From: Amoebidium appalachense
Lineage: Eukaryota; Protista; Ichthyosporea
Reading direction: 5' to 3'
Length of the DNA: 64,000 nt
Assembly: GCA_963693365.1 (NCBI GenBank)
Contig: CAVNZM010000004.1
Coordinates: 1,012,448 to 1,076,447 of the forward strand
Shown here: positions 1-64,000 of the stretch, piece after piece
Layout of the letters: each line of letters starts with the position of its first letter
Numbering within the stretch: position 1 is the first letter of the stretch
The notes under the pieces: generated by a model
Told to the model about the DNA's origin: nothing
Databases searched by the model: none
The model's input: only the letters and a program-made list of their open reading frames with translations
Position numbers and translations under genes: made by a program

Positions 1-51
1 AAACCCTCTCCCGCCCACTGCCCTGCAAAACGTACCCAACCTAAAGGTACA

Positions 52-98
<47 letters not shown>

Positions 99-346
99 AA
101 AAAAGAAAGAAAAAAAAAAAAAGAAAAGAAAGAAAGGAAAGACGCTTCCATTTTGTCCTCGTGTCAAATAATTTATTATTATTCGGGTTTGTATCCCACT
201 GCCGTTAAAGGCTACTCTGTGTGTGTATGCTTTTACCCCTTTGTGATATTGAACCTCGTACTTTGTCACAAATTTTGTTCCCCCCCTCCCCCCCCCCCCC
301 CCCCCCCCCTCTCCCCGCCTCCCCCCCCCCCCCCCCCTCTTTCCCC

Positions 347-383
<37 letters not shown>

Positions 384-580
384 TTGCGCCCGGGACACCC
401 TCCCAATCACCCATCCTCCCACCTGATCTTTCACCAATACTGCTACCTCTACCATTACGCACAATTCCTTTCTTCTCCCGATCTCCAGATCTCTGGTTTT
501 TGTATATTCGTGACGTTTTGTGTTTTGTCTTCCAATGTCTTCACTTCCATAACCCCATCCCTCTAATCATACATATATTA

Positions 581-630
<50 letters not shown>

Positions 631-1000
631 CGCTGAAAAAAAAAAATGTAGCAGACACTGTGGATAGATGGCCCAGGAATTCTCCCCCAGTCGAGGGCAG
701 CCTTCTTCTAAACACCACCAACTTGGAAGAGTTGGGAATTTACAACACAGACATGCACACTTTCAGCATGGATATGCTATAGCCCCCCTACCGTACCTAG
801 TCAGCCTCATAATCCACGACAACACAAATCTGAGTCATTTGGACCCCGCCCAAACGCTGGAATTTCAGGATGTTGCTTTATTTAAAACCCATTTGAGTGC
901 AATAACCTCAGCTGGCTGGATGCTGGGGCTGTGCCCTATATGAGCAGGGGGTTTGAAGACGACAGTTTGGAATATAATCCGTGGGACTGCTGTGGTTTGC
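1..1000 (-). other. Further exon-like segments of the left-hand gene, running off the window; paralogous to 61850-62700
   Basis: Unique segments between homopolymer runs translate to GWGYGSEDIGRQNTKR..IGRRKEL (about 460-562), QYHKGVK (about 225-255) and AGEGF (1-15). The same motifs occur in the same order at the right end of the window. Confidence 0.45.
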
Positions 1001-1206
1001 GCGAAGGAATGGTTCAGGTGGGGGATTTATTCCGTGCAAATGTGTTGAAAGTGTTTCTATATATGTATGTATAAGGAGATGCCATGGTTTGTGAATGATG
1101 GTATAATGCACTGCTGTAGCTATGTGGACTCATCTTCTTTTCACCGCGGCCGTTGCCGCAATGGGCATGTATTTCACTCATTACATCTCGTTACTACTTA
1201 ACCCCC

Positions 1207-1272
<66 letters not shown>

Positions 1273-1576
1273 GAAAAGGGGGGTCTACTTATAATGTATA
1301 CACTTTATGATTGTGCTTCACCAAATCTGTGTTGTCGTGTCGGTTGCAAATGTGTGCACAGTACGCAGTGTGAAACACGTCCCCCCCCCCCCCCCCCCCC
1401 CCCCCCCTCCCTCCCTCCTCCTCTCCCTCCCTCATCCTCCACAAATACACACACCCACAAACACACACCTTTACCACCAAAAAAAGAAAAGGAAAAAAAA
1501 ATAACACATCCCCCCCCCCCCCCCCCCCCCCCCACCTCACCCCCTTCCTCTCCCTCCCCCATCCTCCACAAATATG

Positions 1577-1608
<32 letters not shown>

Positions 1609-1631
1609 AACAAACACACGCACACACACGC

Positions 1632-1746
<115 letters not shown>

Positions 1747-1774
1747 AAAAAAATAATAATAATAAAAAAGGAAT

Positions 1775-2195
1775 GTGGGCCCCTCCACAGGAGTCGACAC
1801 TGCGCTGCACGTGCATGTAGAAGTCCTGCCCGTTTAGGCGCTTACTCCCCTCGACGTTATCAGAAAGCTGCACGTCGTTGAGCACTGTGAATATGCGGCA
1901 GCTGGTGGTTTTTCGTTTTTCTCCGTAGCCAGCACCCAAAACGCAACACATTTTGTGTTGTTGGTGCACAGGCCGGCGCAGAGCTCAGCAGAAACGTTAG
2001 TCACGTTGACGTCCGTGTATATTCCTTCCTCTAGGGCAGAGGATTCTGCGTATTTGTCTTTGGTAGAACCATGTAGTAGGAGTTGAAAACGAGCTCGTTC
2101 GAGGGCGGGAAAGCAGCTGGGGCGGCAGCTGCAGCCAGTGATGCTGTACTGCTGAGCACCAAAGCAAGAGGGAAAACGGCGCGAGGCATGGACAT
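1775..2195 (-). pseudogene. 5' part of a secreted PAN/apple-like domain protein gene, with apparent frameshift(s)
   Basis: Signal-peptide-like MSMPRAVFPLALVLSSTASLAAAA, followed by [24 protein letters not shown] and SCRIF...GQDFY. This fits the PAN pattern C-x3-C-x5-C-x-AF ... C-x-hydrophobic ... DFY. The three pieces lie in three different frames. Confidence 0.5.
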
Positions 2196-2409
2196 CCGGC
2201 TACGTAGTGGTCAAAGCCGGATGTCGTCGACACCTACCATGGACATGACTTGGGTATACGTAACCAACAAATACGGCAGAACTTCTCTGCTACTAAAAAG
2301 TGAACATGGATCCGGATTATTTCCGCTGGTGGTTGGGGGGGGGGGGGGGGGGTACGGTAATGGAAGGGGGGTGCACGTGGGGGGGGGGGGGGGGGGGGAA
2401 GAGAGCCTT

Positions 2410-2719
<310 letters not shown>

Positions 2720-3252
2720 AGGGGGGGTTCTTGGGGCAGAATCGATCCGGAAACGAAATACGATAATTAATAAATACTTTCTCAATTTATTGTACCAAAC
2801 GTCAATTCCTTGTGTTGTACACGACATCATACCATTCGTTTACCAACTTATTAATTCAAGCTGTAGCAATTCAAAGATGGGTGGCAACTCCCCATAGACG
2901 AGTTCAAAATACCCAGCATACATACCAAACATATACATACACATGATAATCATGATAGCGTGCATACTAATACTGTACATATTTAGCGCATAAACATTTA
3001 GCGTGCATTATTATGTAAAGCATGAATACATAGTACAATGGAGTGTAGGTATGCGCTAAACGACCCTAAAAAATAATGTACACATTTCACAACCCTCCGA
3101 TTGTCATGCTCCATTGAAACGTTATACATACCGGCATTTCATGCTATCAGACCTTCAAGCATGTAATGGCACATTCTAACCCATATGATGCTTCAGAATC
3201 CACACGTGACCAATACCATACATCTTCGTTCGAAAATTAGAATATGGCTATG

Positions 3253-53909
<50,657 letters not shown>

Positions 53910-54915
53910 GCCCACCTAGAAGAAAACACAACCAAGGCAAAGTGTTAAGTGACCCAGAGCCCAAGGCGTACTCTGCCTGCAAATCCTCCTACACACCCAT
54001 GCCTCTTTCTCCTGCGTCTGTTTCCTAATCTTGTTTTTCTATTAATATAACGACCAAAACCCCATTCCCTCGGGCAGTGTTCTAGAATCTCCACTAACTG
54101 TGACTGAAAGGACTTCTTGCAACGCCACGAGGTTATTAGGGCCTCAGCTTCAAGTCCTTTTCCTGGTATATCACTTTTTCGCGCCAAAATTCTGGTTTGC
54201 GCAATCGCGTGAGCCTCGCCTCAGGCAATTTCCTATTGGTCCGGTAAGCACCATCTACGCCATAAAATAGGTTCACTGGCACGAGGCGGATCAGAGCACC
54301 TAGAGAGCAGACAGAAAACGTCACTTACGCTGCCAGTTTTTGAGTTTTGTTTTTGTTTTTTATGGTAGAGAAAATACTGATATACGCTGGGATTCATACT
54401 TTTACACACACTGGCGCCGGTATATTTTATGGGGTGTATGGTGTTTTTTTTTGTTTTTTTTTGGTTCGCTAGATTGGGTTTGAAGTTACCACAACGTAAG
54501 TTTGGAGTTACCACAATAAAAATTTAGAAGAAGATAGGTGATGGGGAACTCAAGAATTGCGAACGTGTAGTTGAGCTAACATATACTTTGTCACAGCGAT
54601 TCGCTGTACAGCCAGATTTTTTTTTTAAAACCTGATACAGGCTCTTTGTGCATGTCTTGGCTTTCCTTCAAACACGCGCACGCATGCTCACGAAACGCAT
54701 TCCGGAACTCGCACACGAACACCACACTCATCATACAAACGTGCTTAAACACACACACACACACAAACACACACTATAAGCAGCTTTTTGCGCCGCCCAT
54801 GCTAAATCCAAAATATAGCTACCTTTCTTCCAGAAACTGCTCAGTGCAACAAACCGCCTTCAGTGGGATATGATAACACACACACACCTGTGCTTTTACT
54901 ACTGAACAGTAGAAA
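53910..54915. promoter_or_regulatory. Putative bidirectional promoter between ATR and the ANL gene
   Basis: Divergent start codons are about 1 kb apart and the region is largely free of homopolymer runs. It contains TTTCGCGCCAAA (54177-54188), inverted CCAAT boxes (ATTGG 54235, 54473) and TTTGAA (54479). A probable ATR 5' UTR intron lies at 53916-53971. Confidence 0.65.
54177..54188. promoter_or_regulatory. E2F/DP binding site (overlapping double site TTTCGCGCCAAA)
   Basis: Exact match to the TTTSSCGC consensus on both strands, about 270 bp upstream of the ATR ATG. Confidence 0.65.
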
Positions 54916-56185
54916 ATGTCCTTCGTGAAAGCCACACTGAGCGAACTTCGCTCCAAAGTAACATGGGCGAAGGGTCTGTTGGCTCCCTACGTGTCCAACC
55001 CGTTTGTGCTGTGTGTAGACTCCAAATCAGTCAACTCGGTGGCTATGGTTTTGGCGGCGGGCGAGATGTCGGCAAACTGTGTTCTGCTGCCTACCACCCG
55101 TATGGCACTGCAAGGTGGGAACTGGAACTTAGCAGCTCTTGATGTTTTGGTTTCGTGTTCATCTTTTGGGGAGAAAGGGGCCTCACCCCTGAGTCCTGGA
55201 GAGCTATTACAATTGCGTCTCAGATGCATGATGTTGGTAGGCATAAGTGCTTACCCTGCTTTCCTCCTGCCCACCCCTTCCCTCCTCCTCCCTCCCTCCC
55301 GTGTTTCATTTTTTTTGGTGTTATGGAACGGGAAGGGTTTTGGGGCCTTTATCGAAGGAGCAAGTTTAATGTTAATCAATTCCTTTTCTTGAGGGCTAGG
55401 TGGCAGTACATGGTGATAATGGGCCCAGGGAGAAAGTAGAGAACGAGGTTTTTGGGTATGTTAATGATGGCAGTGGTAGGAGCAAGATCCTGTGAGCTCG
55501 CTACAGCAACGGGATGGGTTCAGCCTTGCAGCAACGTCACCCATCTGCTTTCAACCCCCCCCCTCCCCCCCCCCCCCCCCTCCAAATCCCCCCCTCTCGT
55601 TCCTTCTCATTTGTCCCCCTGCACCTCAATATAGGCTAACCTAACCCACTCTCCCTCAGCAATGGTCACACGCCACACGGGCATCGATCTAGTGCTGGAT
55701 GTTGATGCAGCAGGAAAGAACCTGGTACCCATAGGCCGGCCCAGCCCAGCCCGTGAGCCCAAACCCCTCCCCTGGCTCACCCATCCAGCCGTAGGGGGGG
55801 TAGGCCCAGGCAAGGGGCTGGTGGTAATGTTAACATCTGCCTCCACTGGACCACCCAAACTGGTGCTGTACACGTGGGAGAGTGTGTGGCTGCAGGCAAG
55901 AGAGACTGCATACAGAATCTACCGCGAGTCCTCCACTATGATCTGTAGCACACCTGTTGCTCATGCTTACAACATGAACGGATTGTTTGCGGCCTATCTG
56001 GGCCGGGCCACAGTGTGCCTGGCCCACGATGCACCCACCGTTGCTTCGTGCATTCAGTCACTCCCGGAGCCCTCCGAACGGCACACGAATGTGCTGTTTG
56101 CATCCCCCCCTCTGTACTCCCAGCTCGTCTCCATGAAGGTGAGTCTGTGCATGGTATCATTGCAATTTCCTTCCACCCTCTCCCA

Positions 56186-56258
<73 letters not shown>

Positions 56259-56891
56259 CCCGGCCACCTTTCCCCTCACTTCCCTTCCTTCCCCCCTTAC
56301 CCCAACCCCACCCCAGCCGTCCGAAGAGGCCCCTCCCCCCCCCCCCCCCCCCCCAACACCACCACCACCACCACTCCACCCTCTCAGCTCTCCCTTATTC
56401 CCCCCAATCCTCTCTCCCCCCTCCCTCTCTTCCCCCCTCTCTCTCCCCTTTCCCGGGAGAAGAATTTGATTAAGTGTATTCCCCTGTTCCCTTTCCTTTC
56501 CTGTCGTTCCTATTTTCCTCCTGCCCCCGCCCCCGCCTACCCCTACCACCCACCGGCACCACCAGCACTACCATGACCCCCTTGCCTGCCGTGTCAACCC
56601 TTTTAACTAAGTCCCGTCTGCCTCCCCACCTCCTCTCCCTCTCTCCTCCTCCCTCCTCCCTCCCCCCCCCCCCCCCGGCCCCCAACCACCCACCTACCCG
56701 CCCGCCCACAGTACACACACAAACACACGGGTTCTGTGATGCTCTTCCCATAGCTTCAGATCCTCCTGTCCAATGGTTCTTTCCTGCACATGCTTCTGCA
56801 CTGCCCCTCCCCTCTCTTTCTGTCTCTGTGTTTCTCCCTCTCCACACACACACGCTCTCTCTCTCTTTCTCTCACTCACTCACTCTCTCTC

Positions 56892-56927
<36 letters not shown>

Positions 56928-59013
56928 CCCCCCCCCCCCCCCCTTTCTTTTTCAAATCCCTCCGTCCCTTTCTCCGTCCTTTTCTCCGTCCCCCTTCCTT
57001 CTCTCCCTCTCTCTCTCGCGTCCCTCCCCTCTCTCCCAGCTCTCTCCCCTGCCCCCCCACCTTCCTCCCCACTCTCAATCCTCACTTGCTTTTTGCTGCA
57101 TGCAGGCAGACACGTGTGTCCTTCCAAATGTGCCAAGCAGTCCCCATTCATATCCACAAACTACCTTCTCTCCCCCACGCCCATTTACCCCACACGAAAA
57201 AAACACAAGCTCAACCCTTAGAAATTGTGGTTCAAAGTCCAGATCTGAGAGAACTGTTACCATAAACGGTTGTCTAAATAGTATTACAAGTCATCAACTT
57301 CTAACTAACCCTCTACCCCTCACAGGTAACCCCCTGGACGGTAGACCAAGCATACTCGGCCGGCAGCCAGCTGTCTCTGGAACTTTCCCGATCCTTCTAC
57401 AAGCAGTACGGTGTGCACTTGCGTCAGAACTACGGCACCAGTGAAACGGGCAACATAGCACTGTGGGGCACAGACAACAAGGGCATCAGCAGGGGGGGCC
57501 AGTACAAGGATGTAGGTGCAAAGGGACACAATGTGTGTGTGTGTGTGGTCAAAAGGGGGGGGGGGGGGGGGGGGTATGAGAAATGGGTGTGGGGGTTTGA
57601 AGGTGGGTGGGGTTTTGTGGACATGAGTGTGTGTGTATGAATGTTGTTTGGTGTTTTCGGGCGGGGAGGGGGGGGGGGGGGGGGGGGTTGCATGAAGGTG
57701 GGTGGGTTGGGGTGGGTGTGCAATGTGCGGGTGGATTGGTGGGTGTGTGTGTGTGTGCATAGGTGCAGGCACAAACCATGGGAAAGAATAGGATGACCAT
57801 GTGTTCACCTACTTGCACATAGATACATTCTCACACATGCACGCAAGCACATAGATACATGCATACGTACAAAGAGGCGCACACACGGACAATCGCACGC
57901 ACACACGCACACTCCTACCCTCGTGTGCACGCGCGTACACATCATACATGTCACTTTCAAACACATACACACACATGTTTATGTATGTGTGTGCGCGCTC
58001 CGCACATACACAGCGTGCGCGCCCACCGTGCACACACATGTTTTCGGACATACGTACACTCTCACATTGCACGCACGCGCACGTATATGCACATGCACAC
58101 ACACGCACACCCACATACATGCAGACCCACACACGCACACACACACGTACACAAACACACACACACACACATGAATTCGGACATACACACATACGCGCAC
58201 ACACTGTCTTAAACCGCGCGCGCACGCACACACACACACACACAGACACACACTCACTCACTCACTCCGTTATTTCTTCACCTGTGCACGAGCACTTTAC
58301 TAACATTCATCCCACAGCACCCCGGCTACAAGGGCGTTGCATGGGGCGAGGTCTCTCTCCGTCGTCCATCCTCAGGCACACTCCTACGCACAGACGAATT
58401 CGGTGTTCCGGAGAAAGGGGAGGTGTGTGCGCACATGCCCTGGTCGTCTGTAGGGTATATTCGTCACCTAGACCTTATCCCCCATGATCATTGGCACCCC
58501 ACTGGAGATGCAGGCCACCTGATTGAAGAAAAATGTGCCGACCCCCGCACAGGTGCACCCTATACAGTCACACACGTGTTTGCAGGCAGGCGCCTGCGTG
58601 ACCCTGCACCCATCCACCACCACGGTCTGACGGTGCTTTTGCAAATCGACGAATTGGAATCGCTTTATTCGGGGCTTCTTTCAGACCTCCTGCCCCCCGA
58701 ACTGAGTCGGTTTACCGTAGCTGTAACGTGCACACCGCAGTATCGCGAGGGGGCACAGATCAAACGAAATGGCTTGCATTTACACATGGCGGTGGGGGAG
58801 TGGGCCGGGGACGGGGAGTGGGAGGAGAAACGGAAGGAGTTGCAGGGGGTTTTATATCGAAATTTGGCTGCAAAATTGAACGAAAAGGGCCAGCCGTATG
58901 CCGTGCCCAGGTCACTGACTTTGTATAGGGAGCTGCCTGCTAGCACGGCCGGAAAGATTCTCTACGGGCAGATGGTACCGGATATCCCCGAGAAGATAGA
59001 CTTGGACGAATAG
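54916..59013 (+). CDS. AMP-dependent synthetase/ligase (ANL superfamily, acyl-CoA synthetase-like), 4 exons: 54916-55236, 55635-56138, 57326-57511, 58318-59013; about 568 aa
   Basis: All three introns are GT-AG, phase 0, and join in frame; CTAAC/TAAC branch-like motifs lie at 57301-57309 and about 58300. Motifs: P-loop [32 protein letters not shown], hinge AGRR, A10 lysine [10 protein letters not shown]. Substrate cannot be inferred. Confidence 0.88.
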
Positions 59014-59463
59014 GTGTGGTGAGTGCATATGCATACACAAAGCGATATTATCTTGTGTATTTGTGTGGTGATATTTCTTGTTGTAATGTGCATTCATACA
59101 CCAGCACCTAGGGTTATCAGCCTACTGTCTCAACTGCACTTCCTTCAATGCAGACGCCATTACTATTAGCACTATAAATGCATTTGTGGGTTGCCATGGA
59201 ATGTTAGAGTTAATGACAGTGCTTGGAGCACCAATGTCCTAATAGTTACACGGTGTGTGTGCCGGCAAGAGCAGCCCTTAGAGATGCTGTCGAGATTGAG
59301 TAATGCACATGAAGTACGCATACACTGCCGACATGCACAAAGAAGGGCCGAAGCTAGGTTTAGGCAGGTAGAAAAGTTACCATACCGTACATTCCGTTTT
59401 CTACGCAAATGCACACACACACCGATACACACTGCAATCGCAGGCGCGGCGCGCGCACAAGTA

Positions 59464-59547
<84 letters not shown>

Positions 59548-60062
59548 TAGCGATTGAGGCTGGTCACGGACCCATAAATCAAAGTATAACCTGCCAAATT
59601 TAAAACAGAACATAATTTTGGGTTGCGGTCACCAAAATTTCTTTCCAGTATCAATTTTTTTATTATTAGTCAGCTGCTGTTTGTTAATTTTATTTTTTTT
59701 TCCCCTTTGCTTGGGAACTGTGTTGAGCAATCAGTCTGTATATTGCATGGGTGGGCATGTTTAGATACAAAACAGTTAGATGCCAGTCAGGCTGAGCAGC
59801 CGTTTCCATTGAAAACGTTTTCGAATAAATACCAAGATACTGTACTGTATGTACTTATGCTCCTAAATATGATGTTACTGAGAGTATCCCCCCGTTGAAC
59901 ACAGGCACATCATGTCATGCATATATGCCACACGAAACATCAGACGCAGCCTGACCCCTCCCCTCAGCCCCCTCCCCTCCCCCCCGTAATTACACACACA
60001 CACACACACCGTGGCCATGGCATATCCCCCCCTTATTACGATTCACCCATCCACCCACCCGA

Positions 60063-60604
60063 CCTAAAATGAGTCTGGCCAGAGAGCTATTGTGAATACG
60101 GATAACGTGACCCGACCGGGTTCGACTCGGAACAGGCCCCCGCCCTGGCAGCAGGCCAGGCACGGAAAGGCCCAGTACGGGGTGTTTCTTGAGAGCGGTG
60201 GATGTAGCCAAGTGTACATCTTCCAATCACTCAAATCATTCGCCCAAACCTGACCCAGCCTACAGTCTCTTCAAAAGAAAAGTTTAAGGCCTTGGGCCGC
60301 AGTGTTTAGGGTTCACTGCTCAATACGTCCCCTGCTTTTTTACGAAACTGTTGGCTGTGGATGGGTGAAGGCGATTCTGATTCTTCAATCACAACTTCTT
60401 TGCGTCAATCATATCAATTGTGGCACTTGCCAAAATCAAAGTTGCATAGTCTGTGACATGGGAACGCTTTGGAAGTTCAGTCATTGATTCTGCAGCTCTC
60501 AAATTGTCCTGTCCTCAAAGATAAATCATACGTTTATCTGTTTGACTTTTTCGGGTCTCAATGAGTTACTAAACGGTTCTTTCCGGTTGTAAGGTACGGT
60601 GAAG

Positions 60605-60635
<31 letters not shown>

Positions 60636-61180
60636 AAAGAAAAAAGAAAGAAAGAAAACCAACCAAACAACCAAACAACAACAACAAAAAAAAGGTCATA
60701 CCCCACCCAGACGAAAGCCCTCACTGCCTTCCCTTTCCTGTTCTTATCACCTCCCTTCGCGGTGGGGGGGGGGGGGGGGGGGGGGGGGGGTTATCAGGCA
60801 CAACCGGCTAATTCTGCGGGTAGTTGGGTGGATCTGAAAGGTTAGGAGTAGAAGTCAGATTTTAATCGGTGTAAGACTTTTCTGACCAGCATAGGTAGGT
60901 GTTTCCACTAGCTGCAAGTCGAGTCACTGTGCTCAAACACACACACACAGAGAGAGAGAGAGACACACACACACATGCGCGCGGCCCATACACAGCCACA
61001 CACACGCAGCAGTCATCGAAACACCGTCAGTTTATGCCGGGTGCATATGGTATGCCGTGGGTTGCAGAACCGTAGAGGGTGTAATCCCCCCCCCCCCCCC
61101 CCCCCCCCTCTATCCCCCCCAATTAGCAATACCCTTGCAAGGGCTCACACCTCATACATGGGCGGGCACGCACATGCACG

Positions 61181-61212
<32 letters not shown>

Positions 61213-61235
61213 CACACACGCACACACACATATAC

Positions 61236-61269
<34 letters not shown>

Positions 61270-61733
61270 TGGCAAATGCGCCCTTCCACCCCTAGGCAGC
61301 GAGAAAGCAGAAAGGTCGAATGTTTATTGTTATGCATAAGCCTGTGGCTTAGCCTATGCGCATACCTGTATCGCTTTCAGGGGTACCTCGGGACCATGCT
61401 GTGGTTCCTATTAGATTCAATTGTAATAAAGTTTGTGCACCTGCGTCTGGCTCCGGAAATCCCCTGTTCCTCAAACTCCCTTTATTGGGCTCCGTCCTCC
61501 TTGGTGCCCCCCCGTCCCCCTCCCGGCCTTTTGCCTCCCTCCCTATCTAGAAGCTTCGTCCAGAAGCAGAGTTGTTACATGTTTGAAAATTGCCTGGTAC
61601 ACGAAGCTATTGTGCACATGTGCTACAAATCTATGGACACTCCACTTGTCTGCGGCTGAGCTCAAAAAGGAAGGCAATGCCATGCAATGCTAAGTGTGGG
61701 AAGGAGCGAAAAGCGACCTCGGGGGTGGGGCCG

Positions 61734-61767
<34 letters not shown>

Positions 61768-62402
61768 GGTACAGTCTATTCTCATTGACTCCATCCCCCC
61801 CCCCCCCCCCCCCCCTCCGGGCCCCCCCTCTCCTCTCCCAAACAAAGTATTAAGCAGTCGTGCGTACAAGCCACACTTCATCTAGCACCGCCCCATAAAT
61901 CCTGTATTCCTGGTCTTTACCAGGTTTGGGTGCGTATTTGGCCAATCGGTCTTGTCTTGACCAACCATATGTATTCCCTAGGTGTAGACCAATCAGTCTT
62001 TCGTGTCTGTTCATAGTAGGCCAATCGAATTTACCTGTTCCCATCGCCGGCATTACATGTCTGGTCTCCAGCGGAATGTGAATCCCTCCCCGCAGGGAGG
62101 GGAGCCACACAGCTGACGGGTCTCAGTCAGTGATGTGTGTGTGGAGGGGGTGGGGGTAGGGGGCGGCAGGGGGGAAGGGGGGAGGGGGGAAGGGGGGAGG
62201 GGGGGAGGGGGGGAGGGGGGGGGGGGGGGCCGGGGGAAGGGGGGAGGGAGGGGGAGGGGGGAGGGGAATGCGCAGCCCATGTTTTATCATACAACAGGAG
62301 AAGCTTTACGTTACTCAGCCTGTAGATCGTTAAGACCGGACAGTAGAGTGAAATAAAATCCTACCTTCACACCATTGTGACTCTGCCGGCACCTACGTAT
62401 AT

Positions 62403-62439
<37 letters not shown>

Positions 62440-62619
62440 CGCCCGCCTTTCGATCCCGTCATTACCCCGCGGAGCCATACGAACTCCCCCGACAAACATG
62501 GGTTCAGTTCGTGTCTTCCGCCTGTACCCTAAGTATTGGGGTTTCCATTCTTGTAACGTTTTGTAGTTTGTCCTTTGGCATCTCCTCCATATCCTTTGAA
62601 CCCTCTAACACATGCAGGG

Positions 62620-62661
<42 letters not shown>

Positions 62662-62723
62662 CGGCCCATCCCCACCTTCGCATCCAGATTCCAGAACACG
62701 TTAATCGGTTGGCTGAAATTCAT
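60063..62723 (-). pseudogene. Degenerate multi-exon gene, paralog of the left-end gene; possibly six-hairpin glycosidase-like
   Basis: Exon-like blocks with AG/GT edges: GFKGYGGDAKGQTTKR..*GTGGRHEL (in-frame TAG at 62529), RCRQSHNGVK, CGEGF / GGIHIPLETRHVMPAMGTGKFDW..HERL, and GGLFRVEPGRVTL (about 60110-60140). The family assignment is a weak motif-level inference and the boundaries are approximate. Confidence 0.35.
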
Positions 62724-63353
62724 TGAAGGTGGGGGTGGGGGTTCAAGGACTAATCAATCTCATATGCATGAAGACATCATCTACATTTATTTGTACTGAG
62801 CTGAGTTTATTTAACGAGGTATAGATTTAAGTACCAGGGACCCTGTTTTCAACGCAACCTGGAAGATCGAGAAGAGCAAGCAATTTCCAAGTACTCACGA
62901 CCGATTCAAAACCCCCTAGTTTAGGCAGATACTATAGATGACCATGCCATAACGGGTAGGCTCCCACGGTGGATACAACGAGTGGGCCTGTGGGGGTTTA
63001 TGTAACATCCATACAACGGCAAGGTCATTTGAATGACATTAACAGCACACCGGGTGGCTATCTATTATGTTCGAAATAAGAGAATGTATCTAGCCGACAC
63101 CTAATTACAGAAGTTGGAATTAAGAAGAGACTGTACATGTGCGCATGCATACCCTTAAAAAGCCGTCCACACAATCACACGATGCATAGCCTATGCAGAT
63201 AAAAAAACACGTACATCGACTTAGTCATTGACTGCCACAAAAGACTCTAGATCTAGCATCCAATCACAACTGCATTATAGCAACCGGTACCAGCCATTCA
63301 ATTAAGTGCCTTGCAAGAGCTTTCCAGACAAGTAACACACTGCCATGACTCAT

Positions 63354-63474
63354 CCCCCCCCCCCCCCCCCCTTCCCCCCCGTTTTCAACAAAAAAAAAAG
63401 ATGTATTAAGCAAAACCCCCCCCCCCCCCGCCCCGTTTTCAACAAAAAAAAAAGATGTATTAAGCAAACCCCCC

Positions 63475-63495
<21 letters not shown>
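63354..63495 (+). repeat. Tandem duplication of a ~57-bp unit (C-run + GTTTTCAACAAAAAAAAAAGATGTATTAAGCAAA)
   Basis: Two near-identical copies bounded by C runs. Confidence 0.9.
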
Positions 63496-63505
<10 letters not shown>

Positions 63506-64000
63506 AAAAAAAAAGAAGGGCAAAAAAAAAAAAAATATCCACACATCACCACAATGCACCACCACCGAAGAAAGAAAAATAAAAGGAAAGGAAAGAAACA
63601 GGCCCCTGGGTAACTAGCATAAGGAAGACAAAGTGCGGCCAACCTTAAGCTACAACCCCAACATGAATACCTTCATATGATCCGTAAATTGCCACCCCTA
63701 TGCCCCCATCCACCCCTTCCGCCTTTTACCAATAGCACACGATTTGGTACCAGCGCAAGTCTAAACCATTCAAAAAACTGTTCTAGGGCTTACCACCCAC
63801 CACCCAACCGATAATTTACCCACCTACCCAACAACAGAATACATTTGTCACACACACACTCTCACCATGCCAACTCCACAACACCTTCAATTCTGTTTTT
63901 CATCGATAGCCAAACCACACACCTAACCAATAACAAAGAAGCACCTATCGCATATCCTAGCCGCCACCACCAACCCCATTGCACTCTTTGTCCTGCTATT

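Noticed and set aside
53945-54187. 80-aa ORF as an N-terminal extension of ATR
   Set aside because: It is in frame after splicing but has no in-frame ATG and overlaps the E2F site; 5' UTR/promoter is more likely.
60110-60135. GGTTCGACTC tRNA T-loop/B-box-like motif
   Set aside because: No T-stem pairing or cloverleaf can be built around it.
62525-62535. In-frame TAG as stop-codon reassignment
   Set aside because: Both ATR and the ANL gene terminate at TAG and their exons lack internal stops; a nonsense mutation in a decaying paralog is simpler.

Overview
Eukaryotic genomic DNA, very rich in microsatellites and C/G homopolymers. The lineage cannot be fixed from sequence alone; the ATR sequence is animal/opisthokont-like. 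Most of the window is one minus-strand gene, the checkpoint kinase ATR/Mec1/Rad3 (about 53909 to 3253), split into roughly 75-80 short exons that I traced by hand. Its splice signals are odd: very degenerate donors, at least two clear GC-AG introns, one apparent GT-CG intron, and acceptors often preceded by (CA)n or C/G runs instead of a U-rich pyrimidine tract. Its introns hold a 3.1 kb array of a 45-bp minisatellite, a 56-bp tandem repeat that multiplies a splice donor, and a TTAA-flanked piggyBac-like MITE. Head-to-head with ATR, across a ~1 kb spacer carrying a perfect E2F site, is a 4-exon adenylate-forming (ANL/acyl-CoA synthetase-like) enzyme gene. Both window ends carry degenerate, mutually paralogous minus-strand gene segments; the left one begins with a signal peptide and a PAN/apple-like domain. 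Almost all long ORFs in the supplied track are translations of simple repeats and are not genes.
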